Part shown: piece after piece, positions 10,246-17,976 of the stretch
Position numbering within the stretch: position 1 is the stretch's first letter
Layout: every line of letters begins with the position of its first letter
Assembly: GCA_965215265.1 (NCBI GenBank)
Contig: OZ244048.1
Coordinates: 608,001-672,000 of the forward strand
Length of the DNA stretch: 64,000 nucleotides
Direction: 5' to 3'
Source of the DNA: Candidatus Poribacteria bacterium
GTDB taxonomy: Bacteria > Poribacteria > WGA-4E > WGA-3G
Translations under genes and position numbers: made by a program
Notes under the pieces: model-generated
What the model was told of the DNA's origin: nothing
What the model saw: only the letters and a program-made list of their open reading frames with translations
The model's database searches: none

Positions 10246-12165
10246 ATGCGAACAAGTAGCTCTGTCTTAACTCGCGGTGTTACGGTAAAATCCGTTACAC
10301 TGGCACTCATTTTCATTCCGATTAACTGCTATTGGATTATGTATACGGAAATGGTCTGGTGGGGTCTTTTCCCCACTACCATGTCGCTCTTTTTCAATGC
10401 AGTCTTCTTTCTTTTTTGTATTACGCTTCTCAATCTACTGTTACGAAGATATATGCGGCAGTGGGCCCTGACACACGGCGAGCTGCTTGTCATCTATATC
10501 ATGCTTTGTATGGCGAGTGCGATTGCATCGCACGACCACGCGCAGGTGCTTATCCCTATGATCGGACACGTTTTTTGGTTTGACACCCCAGAAAACGAGT
10601 GGCGGGAGCTCCTCTATAGATACATGCCCGAGTGGGCAACAGTCCAAGATAAACAGATTCTCGAGGGGTTTTATGAAGGCGAAACCCCGTTTTACCAGAT
10701 AGAAATTTTGCAGGCCTGGCTTGGACCGACTTTGTGGTGGACAAGCTTTATTGTCGTGCTAGTGTTTGTCATGGCTTGCATCAACGTCATCCTCCGTAAG
10801 CAGTGGACAGAACGTGAGAAACTCGCCTATCCGATTATACAACTGCCCTTAGAAATGACCCGTGAGAGTGGTGCCAAATTTTTCCGGGGCGGCCCTTTTT
10901 GGACCGCCTTCGTGCTGGTTTCACTCCTCAATCTCATCAACGGCCTCAGTTACCTGTTCCCGACGATTCCGATTATCGGTGTGCGGTTTCGGAATATCAG
11001 TCACTTTTTCACCGACAAACCGTGGGACGCGATTGGCTGGACCCCGTTTTCTATCTATCCGTTCGTGATCGGGCTCGGGTTTTTCATGCCGTTAGACCTG
11101 TCCTTCTCGTGTTGGTTCTTTTACCTATTTCGCAAGATGCAACGTGTCGGCGGTGCGATACTGGGGGTACGAGGATTGCCGGGTTTCCCTTATGATAGGC
11201 AGCAGTCGCTGGGTGCCTATCTTGGACTCGCAATTTTCGCTGTATGGGCAAGCCGGAAATACCTACTTCAGGTCTTCAAGCAGGTGACAACTGGCCGCTC
11301 AAGTCTTGATGAATCAGTTGAACCGCTGCCCTATCGCATCGCTATTTTAGGAATTGTCTTGGGGGGCATCTATCTCGTCGCGTTTTCAGTGAAACTCGGG
11401 ATAAGCATTTCGCTCGGTATCGCCTTTTTTGTCATCTACTTTGCTCTCTCAATGGGCATTACGCGGATGCGAGTTGAATCTGGCGCACCTGCACACGATC
11501 TGCATTTCATGGGACCAGATTACGCGCTTCCGACGATCTTAGGCTCCCGTCGTATGGGTGGCGGCAATTTGACAGCGCTCTCTTTTTTATTTTTCTTTAA
11601 CCGTGCGCACCGCAGTCACCCGATGCCACATCAATTAGAAGGGTTTCAACTCGCCTCTCGCGCAGGATTTAACCCAAAACCGCTGTTCTGGGCAATGCTC
11701 CTCGCTGTTCTCGTCGGTTCGGTGGCCTCGTTCTGGGCATATTTACACGATGTCTACCAATTCGGCTCAGCAGGAAGTTTTGCGAGGCACCCGTTTAACC
11801 GGCTGCAACAGCAACTTAACTTCCCCACGGGTCCGAACATCCCTGAAGTGACATTTATGGGTATCGGGATGGGGTTCACATTTCTGCTAATGTTTTTACG
11901 GATGCGTTTCTTCTGGTGGCCCTTCCATGCGGTTGGGTATGCAGTTTCTGGAGCATCAGATTGGTGCATGAACTGGCTGTGGATATCTCTCCTGATTAGC
12001 ACGGTGGCGAAATGGCTGATTATCAAGCAAGGTGGTTTGCAGTTACATCGAAAGGCTGCACCGTTCTTTTTCGGCCTAATTCTCGGGGAATTTGTGGCGG
12101 GGAGTGTGTGGAGTTTTTACGGCATGGCGACAGAGACGCGAATTTTCCCCTTTAAGGATTGGTGA
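10246..12165 (+). CDS. Polytopic membrane protein, DUF6785/DUF6784-like (putative transporter)
   Basis: Many TM helices; QWTEREKLAYPIIQLPL and WWPFHAVGY motifs; clear paralog at 50958-52901. Confidence 0.75.
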   Translation: MRTSSSVLTRGVTVKSVTLALIFIPINCYWIMYTEMVWWGLFPTTMSLFFNAVFFLFCITLLNLLLRRYMRQWALTHGELLVIYIMLCMASAIASHDHAQVLIPMIGHVFWFDTPENEWRELLYRYMPEWATVQDKQILEGFYEGETPFYQIEILQAWLGPTLWWTSFIVVLVFVMACINVILRKQWTEREKLAYPIIQLPLEMTRESGAKFFRGGPFWTAFVLVSLLNLINGLSYLFPTIPIIGVRFRNISHFFTDKPWDAIGWTPFSIYPFVIGLGFFMPLDLSFSCWFFYLFRKMQRVGGAILGVRGLPGFPYDRQQSLGAYLGLAIFAVWASRKYLLQVFKQVTTGRSSLDESVEPLPYRIAILGIVLGGIYLVAFSVKLGISISLGIAFFVIYFALSMGITRMRVESGAPAHDLHFMGPDYALPTILGSRRMGGGNLTALSFLFFFNRAHRSHPMPHQLEGFQLASRAGFNPKPLFWAMLLAVLVGSVASFWAYLHDVYQFGSAGSFARHPFNRLQQQLNFPTGPNIPEVTFMGIGMGFTFLLMFLRMRFFWWPFHAVGYAVSGASDWCMNWLWISLLISTVAKWLIIKQGGLQLHRKAAPFFFGLILGEFVAGSVWSFYGMATETRIFPFKDW

Positions 12166-12180
12166 GCTCCTTAAAGTGTT

Positions 12181-12204
12181 CTTGGTAACTTGTAGGTTGC
12201 CAAG
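12181..12204. terminator. Hairpin between convergent genes (terminator or relic IS end)
   Basis: CTTGGTAAC-ttgtag-GTTGCCAAG inverted repeat just past the iscB stop codon. Confidence 0.4.
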
Positions 12205-12240
12205 ATACCTTTCCCTTCGGGGGACTGGTTCGATTTCGTT

Positions 12241-14049
12241 TTAAGAAATTAAGGGGTTTTTCACCTTTTGTCTCGAATCCGGTGCGGTTGGAATGCAGGT
12301 CGCAATCTGATATGCGTATCCGTCGCGTTTCTGGATTTTGCGAAGTTGTTTGATATTGCCACCGACGCGATCGTCTCCGTCCCACGATTTTTTTACACGC
12401 AGTTTTTGAGGTTTTCCTTCAGATGTTTTATCAAACGAGTTGATATGTCCCACAACTTTCCCTTTGTGTGTGAGCATTTCGACCATATCCAGTTTTTGAA
12501 AACCGCCCGCGTGTTCAACACGCGTATAAGGTCGTTTGAATCCGGGCGCGGTCTGCTTTGTTTGGCAATTGCCTAAATCTCTGCGATGCCCGTATCCTAC
12601 TGCATGGATACCTAGCACAGAAAGCGGCATGTTTGGCAGTTTGACAACCCCTGCGACACACGCTGCATCATAGTAGTGTGTTTTTGGCAACCCCGCTTGT
12701 GAACGATGATATTTCGTTTTTCCACCGGTGCCACAGAAGACTTCAAGCCCCGTCGCTTTTAGCGTCTCTACAATCTTCCAACGAATCGTGTTGACTGCGG
12801 CAGCATCCTTTAGCGGTTTTTTGGCAGCTGCTGATGCTTTTTTCACACGTTCCGCAAAATCTTTACCATGTTCCTCTTCATTTATCTCATCAGGGTGTAG
12901 GTTACCTTTTTTGGTATTACACGGGCCACATGACAATGTCAGGTTATCCACACGGTTTGTACCTCCTTTCGCTTTCGGGATAATATGCTCTATTTCGAGA
13001 GGCACGTTCTTTTCCTTGCAATAATAACATTTCCGACCGAACTTCTCAAGTAGGTATTCCCGTATTTCATATCCTTGAAGTTTACCCTGTTGGTATTCCT
13101 CTCCCGATATTTTAGAGTTATCCATCAGTTGCATATCAAACTTCACGTGTTCAACTGCTAGCTTTTTGATAGGATAAAGCTTTGAAAGCCTGTTCACCCA
13201 TGTCGCGATATTATAGATACGTGACATCAAGGATGGTGCTACCCAACCATTATCGGGGTTCTCTTCTTTTTCGATAAAAGAAAAATATAATTGCGGTTCT
13301 TCACGGCGGTTGCGCTTTTGGGCGTTGCTATATTCACGTTTTAAGACACGCCGCCACCTTTTCTTTACAGAATGCTTTTTCGGGCTATAGGTGTACACCT
13401 TTTTTGGATAACGCTTTTTATACTGCTTATGTGCCTCGTTATTGCTATTATAGCGATAATATTTACCTCCTTTTTCATAGTAAATATCGCCAGTACGCAT
13501 GCGTTTCCCGTTGGCGTAATAGAGCCGTGTCTTCTCTCTATGTTTTGCAGGCGAAGGGCGTAACCGCGTCCACTCGTAACGCTTATCTTTCAGCATGGCA
13601 TCGCTGACACGATGGAATGTGTTTTCCGTTTTCCGGGTATTCTTGACTTTTTCATATATCCACTGCCCGTTTACAAGGCGAGGACTCTGACGAGAACGGT
13701 TATCAAATCGGGGGGCACGGTGACGACAGTTCCGAGTCCGCCTACTCCGACGATGCCCGCTTCTATCCGACAACGCTTTCTTAATGCTTTTCCGGTGATG
13801 CAACTCAAAAAAAGCAACGACGGTGTTCTCTGAATCTGTAATCGCCATGCCAGTGCATTTTGAGCCAGGGTCAATTGAGAGGGTATAGTCGCCTGTTTGT
13901 GACTCAGGCACCTCAAGTTTCAAGATAATGGTGAATGGATAACGTTTGTAGACCGCAGCCTTCTCCTCGCGAAGTAAACGCCTCGCAACAGCAGGATGGC
14001 ACGGTTCTAATACGCGTTTCTTTGTATCTAATACAGGAACTTTTGACAT
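12241..14049 (-). CDS. iscB: CRISPR-associated IscB (RRXRR/RuvC/HNH RNA-guided endonuclease) with a large REC-position insertion
   Basis: PLMP-like N-terminus (VPVLD..LEPCHPAVARRLL..YPFTIIL); RuvC-I SIDPGSK (D60); Arg-rich bridge helix RRSRRTR..RFDNR; RuvC-II VEHVKFD (E300); HNH CYYC..EIEHIIPKAKGGTNRVDNLTLSCGPCN (H355); RuvC-III THYYDA (H458/D461). Confidence 0.93.
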   Translation of the reverse strand: MSKVPVLDTKKRVLEPCHPAVARRLLREEKAAVYKRYPFTIILKLEVPESQTGDYTLSIDPGSKCTGMAITDSENTVVAFFELHHRKSIKKALSDRSGHRRSRRTRNCRHRAPRFDNRSRQSPRLVNGQWIYEKVKNTRKTENTFHRVSDAMLKDKRYEWTRLRPSPAKHREKTRLYYANGKRMRTGDIYYEKGGKYYRYNSNNEAHKQYKKRYPKKVYTYSPKKHSVKKRWRRVLKREYSNAQKRNRREEPQLYFSFIEKEENPDNGWVAPSLMSRIYNIATWVNRLSKLYPIKKLAVEHVKFDMQLMDNSKISGEEYQQGKLQGYEIREYLLEKFGRKCYYCKEKNVPLEIEHIIPKAKGGTNRVDNLTLSCGPCNTKKGNLHPDEINEEEHGKDFAERVKKASAAAKKPLKDAAAVNTIRWKIVETLKATGLEVFCGTGGKTKYHRSQAGLPKTHYYDAACVAGVVKLPNMPLSVLGIHAVGYGHRRDLGNCQTKQTAPGFKRPYTRVEHAGGFQKLDMVEMLTHKGKVVGHINSFDKTSEGKPQKLRVKKSWDGDDRVGGNIKQLRKIQKRDGYAYQIATCIPTAPDSRQKVKNPLIS

Positions 14050-14055
14050 AATGTC

Positions 14056-14256
14056 CTCTACTTTCGCAAGTAGGTAATGTAAGCCTCGATAATGTTAGTA
14101 TCGCTTTTGGGTCAAGGTTGACTGCGTATTGTACAGCTGTTTACAGAGCCTCCACAGAGCCTCAGACTGGCTTATGTATCCAAGGGTGTGATAACGAAAC
14201 TAACGTAGTTAAAAACTAAATCTTGATTACACTGTAGCCTACTTTTGTGTCGCAAC
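14056..14256 (-). ncRNA. tracrRNA-like omegaRNA (HEARO scaffold with 5' anti-repeat)
   Basis: Minus strand carries HEARO-like motifs CTACGTT (14202-14208), CACACCCTTGGA..GCCAGTCTGAGGCTCTG and AACATTATCGAGG (14084-14096). Pairable stems: GTTAGTTTCG/CGATACTAAC, CCTTGGA/TCTGAGG, TAAGCC/GGCTTA. Its 5' part (14225-14256) is complementary to the CRISPR repeat. Confidence 0.85.
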
Positions 14257-14260
14257 TTTT

Positions 14261-14304
14261 GCCGTCAACCTCCCAATAAAAATACATTATTGGGGGTCGA
14301 CTGC
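14261..14304 (-). other. Hairpin GTCGAC...GTTGAC between array and anti-repeat (possible relic omegaRNA 5' stem / IS200-IS605 end)
   Basis: Minus strand reads gcaGTCGACCCCCAATAA-tgtatt-TTTATTGGGAGGTTGACggc. Confidence 0.55.
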
Positions 14305-14350
14305 AAACTCTTCACGCTGGAGCTATACGCTCACTGCGTTCTCACATAGC

Positions 14351-16177
14351 GTTGCAACCTAAGCAAGCTACAGCGTAAACTCAAAATATGCTACAATACT
14401 AATATCAATTAAGAAGTTGCAACCTAAGCAAGCTACAGCGTAAACGCGTTAAGAGCGTTCGGATTCGTTGTCAAACAAATGTTGCAACCTAAGCAAGCTA
14501 CAGCGTAAACCAGGCAGCATATAACAAGTTCGCACTGTTATCAGATAGTTGCAACCTAAGCAAGCTACAGCGTAAACGAAGCCCTTTTCATACTAACAGA
14601 TGAAAGCAAACGGGTTGCAACCTAAGCAAGCTACAGCGTAAACGTATTCTATGATATGCCAACCGTGGATGCGGTTTGTGTTGCAACCTAAGCAAGCTAC
14701 AGCGTAAACTGCTACGAGGTTTTTCATATTGAAAGCATGACGCAGGTTGCAACCTAAGCAAGCTACAGCGTAAACTAAACCGAATGCTATGACTACTAAC
14801 GTCATGCCAGCGTTGCAACCTAAGCAAGCTACAGCGTAAACTACGTACGATCCACTGTGCATACGTCTGCCCAGGGATCGTTGCAACCTAAGCAAGCTAC
14901 AGCGTAAACGAGGGTTACCTTTTCTGAAATCATTTCATCCCCCCAATGGTTGCAACCTAAGCAAGCTACAGCGTAAACTGAAGCCCTTTTCATACTAACA
15001 GATGAAAGCAAACGGTTGCAACCTAAGCAAGCTACAGCGTAAACAGTAACCCAATCAGCCAGCTGCAGCACACACTGCAGCGTTGCAACCTAAGCAAGCT
15101 ACAGCGTAAACTATTACACAAGCGCGTTGGGAGAGCAAACTGAAAGAGTTGCAACCTAAGCAAGCTACAGCGTAAACTTGATTGAGTATCTCAACTTCAT
15201 TCGTTGGCCATACAGTTGCAACCTAAGCAAGCTACAGCGTAAACACAGAAGCGTCGCCTGATGAAATCCGTAAGGTCCAAAGTTGCAACCTAAGCAAGCT
15301 ACAGCGTAAACCGCGTCCTCGAAAGGATCCACGGTGAATCTGCTCTGGTTGCAACCTAAGCAAGCTACAGCGTAAACTGCTCTCTTTCTGCTCTTATAGC
15401 ATCGACTGTGTCTGTGTTGCAACCTAAGCAAGCTACAGCGTAAACTTAGATATGCAAATGAAAGCTGGCATGCTTGATTCTAAGTTGCAACCTAAGCAAG
15501 CTACAGCGTAAACTTTACGATTTTGAGAACTGTCGGCTGGTATCATGAACGTTGCAACCTAAGCAAGCTACAGCGTAAACCTCGCTACGTCAACCCCGAC
15601 GGCACGCAATGTCTCTGGTTGCAACCTAAGCAAGCTACAGCGTAAACCTTGCAAGGATATTCTCATTAAATTCACTTATTGGAGTTGCAACCTAAGCAAG
15701 CTACAGCGTAAACATGTAGGATATGAGATTGCCTGCTTCGTGTGCCTCGTTGCAACCTAAGCAAGCTACAGCGTAAACTACTTCAATGTTTCGATCGGTT
15801 CGTATCCTGCGGCCTGTTGCAACCTAAGCAAGCTACAGCGTAAACATCGGAAAGGGGGATACGCTGAAGTTGACAGAACACGTTGCAACCTAAGCAAGCT
15901 ACAGCGTAAACATGAAAAAGATTTTTCATCTCAACCGTCCTTTTGAAAGTTGCAACCTAAGCAAGCTACAGCGTAAACTTACTGTAGTATCCTTCGATTT
16001 CCGCAACTTCTGCCGTTGCAACCTAAGCAAGCTACAGCGTAAACTCTTTTGACTTTACCGTATCCTTGTGTCCGTTTTTTAGTTGCAACCTAAGCAAGCT
16101 ACAGCGTAAACGCATTACGCCCAACCCACACAAGCAACGATTCTGACGCTGTAACATAAGCAGGCTACCACGTAAAC
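14351..16177 (-). CRISPR. CRISPR array: 28 repeats (27 identical, 1 degenerate at 16148-16177), 27 spacers of 35-39 nt
   Basis: 30-bp repeat GTTGCAACCTAAGCAAGCTACAGCGTAAAC on + (GTTTACGCTGTAGCTTGCTTAGGTTGCAAC as transcribed); strand assigned from the promoter at 16180-16208 and the G:U-compatible anti-repeat. Confidence 0.98.
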
Positions 16178-16179
16178 AT

Positions 16180-16208
16180 ATTATATCTTAACTTGCAAAA
16201 AAAGTCAA
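16180..16208 (-). promoter_or_regulatory. sigma70 promoter driving the CRISPR array toward the tracr-like RNA and iscB
   Basis: Minus-strand TTGACT (16203-16208)-N17-TATAAT (16180-16185); overlapped by inverted repeat TTAACTTG...CAAGTTAA (16188-16213). Confidence 0.8.
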
Positions 16209-16555
16209 GTTAAAGTTGCAGCCTCTCATTTACCCCCATTTTTTTTGAAGGTTTGTGGTGAAAGGTTTTTGTTTAGAAATGTGTGAGAAAAGCAGTGGGT
16301 TAGAGATACCCGAACCGGGTAAATCCCACATCTCTGATAACCCGTTTTCAAGACACCTTCAAGGCTTCTGGGACCTCCGCCCCTAGCCCGATGCCACCGG
16401 CACCGAAGACAGCAGCCCTCTGCTTGCAGGGAGACATGAGGTTACCATCAAAAATCTAAAAAAAGAGTGACTTTTTTTCCCATCTGTGTTATACTTCTTT
16501 GCGAGCCAAGTGGCAAACTGGAAAAATGCAGCTTGCGGCAGGCAGGTAAAAAACG

Positions 16556-16633
16556 ATGAAAAAGAATTTCACTACCATTCGGCTCTGGGATGTCAACACA
16601 GGCGAACCCCTCAAAACTCTCATGTCTGTCTAA
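16556..16633 (+). pseudogene. WD40-repeat gene remnant
   Basis: MKKNFTTIRLWDVNTGEPLKTLMSV*: a single WD40 fragment (TIRLWDVNTG..LKTL) ending at the Rpn stop codon. Confidence 0.55.
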
Positions 16634-17727
16634 GTGTGCAAGGCTTGTAGGAACGCTTCAAAACTGGGTGTCTCAACGGCGATGAGATGCAGCTGCTTGA
16701 GCCGCACCAGGTCTGGTATGGCTTCAAGGTGCGGTTGAGTCGTCTGCACGTCGCTCTGCGGGAACCGTGCGGTGAGCACCGTGATGACGTTTTCTATCGC
16801 ATTCCGGCGTGCACCTTGTTCAATGCCTTGCTCAATGCCTTGTTTGAGTCCTTGTTGCACCAGGACTTCTGCCATTGTCTCTGCCATCTGTTTTACCTCC
16901 ATCTTATCTTCTGCGAGTTGCTCCACTAATGCGACTAAGCCACTTTGTTCTGATAGCGGCCGACGATGCAAGATGAGTAGCAGGAAATAGACTATCGCCT
17001 CACGCCGCTGTTCGGCACCAACCGTATCAAACTCATCAAGGTGTGCTATCGCCGTGCGTAACGCATCCCGTATCTCCGCCTCGTCTGCTCTCTCTTTTTG
17101 CAGCACCGTCAAAAGCCACCCGAACGGATGATGCGTTTGAGTCAGTGTGGCGACATCGGTTTGCTTCACGCTCAAAAACAGCGTCTCAAAGGCAGGAACG
17201 AACCGGGCGAGTTCAGCAGGGATGTCCATCAGTGCCTCAAGTGTCAGCGGGGTTTTCCACTGCTGCTCGCCGGTATAAAACACAATCGGCAGTATCGGGG
17301 GCAACCGCCGCGCCGGTTTGGGCACCTTGTCGTGTTCCCATTGCCTGCGATGTGCGTCCCAAATCAGCATCATATAAAACAGCACCCGAAACCCCATCGT
17401 CGCATCCACCGTCGATTGATGTTCGACGAGCAGATAGATGAGCAGCGCCTCGGTGGCTGTCTCGGTTCTAAACGGGACGCGGAACACGCTATCCGCTTCC
17501 TGCTCCCGCAGCACTTCCGGCAGCAGGCTTCTCGGGAGTGGAACGAGTTGGCTAAAATCTATGCGTTCTGCGATGTCAGCGGCGACGATTTCTAGCACAC
17601 CCCGGACGTTTTCGCCGTTTTGTAGCAAGCGCCGCACACTTCTGTCGGCGAAGTGTTCAACGCGTCCATCAAGCAGCGCGCGGATATGCTGCATCTGCGT
17701 ATCCACGGCTTTGGTTTCTTGCGTCAT
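16630..17727 (-). CDS. Rpn family recombination-promoting nuclease / YhgA-like putative transposase
   Basis: EADSVF..IYLLVEHQSTVDATMGFRVLFY, LPPILPIVFYTGEQQW, C-terminal QGLKQGIEQGIEQG repeats. Confidence 0.9.
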   Translation of the reverse strand: MTQETKAVDTQMQHIRALLDGRVEHFADRSVRRLLQNGENVRGVLEIVAADIAERIDFSQLVPLPRSLLPEVLREQEADSVFRVPFRTETATEALLIYLLVEHQSTVDATMGFRVLFYMMLIWDAHRRQWEHDKVPKPARRLPPILPIVFYTGEQQWKTPLTLEALMDIPAELARFVPAFETLFLSVKQTDVATLTQTHHPFGWLLTVLQKERADEAEIRDALRTAIAHLDEFDTVGAEQRREAIVYFLLLILHRRPLSEQSGLVALVEQLAEDKMEVKQMAETMAEVLVQQGLKQGIEQGIEQGARRNAIENVITVLTARFPQSDVQTTQPHLEAIPDLVRLKQLHLIAVETPSFEAFLQALHT

Positions 17728-17910
17728 TTCTCTCCTCAGTGCCGGGGGCCTGCCATTCGGGCAGCCCGCCGGTAAAAAGCGGTGAAGACTTAACTCAAAT
17801 TATACTACTTTTGGCAGTAAAGATGCCACCCTTTTTTTTCTGGCGATTTCGTTTTCGCTTCTGACAGCGGAGGTTGTGGACTAAAAAAAGCAAAAACCGC
17901 TCACTTTTCC

Positions 17911-17939
17911 TTGACAATACCTCAAAAATAATGTATAAT
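17911..17939 (+). promoter_or_regulatory. Consensus sigma70 promoter of type III R-M operon
   Basis: TTGACA-N17-TATAAT. Confidence 0.8.
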
Positions 17940-17976
17940 TAAAACAAAACAAACCAATAACCTGAAAACAACACTC

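Noticed and set aside
12241-14049. Calling the nuclease Cas9, a plain HNH endonuclease, or an active IS200/IS605 transposon
   Set aside because: It retains the PLMP N-terminus and a HEARO-like RNA and is only 602 aa, so it is IscB-like. No tnpA is present and element ends could not be defined.
14588-15431. Short ORFs with repeated 'VYAVACLGCN' or 'LRCSLLRLQ' peptides
   Set aside because: These are translations of the CRISPR repeats, not proteins.
14381-16147. Self-targeting spacers within the window
   Set aside because: No match noticed by eye; a proper alignment is needed to exclude it.
14351-16177. Array as an unrelated orphan class 1 array transcribed on the plus strand
   Set aside because: The minus-strand consensus promoter and the wobble-compatible anti-repeat inside the IscB RNA tie it to IscB, although a class 1 origin remains plausible.
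16296-16440. 6S RNA or cobalamin riboswitch
   Set aside because: Only short word-level resemblance; the end-to-end 6S rod and the B12 box could not be built.
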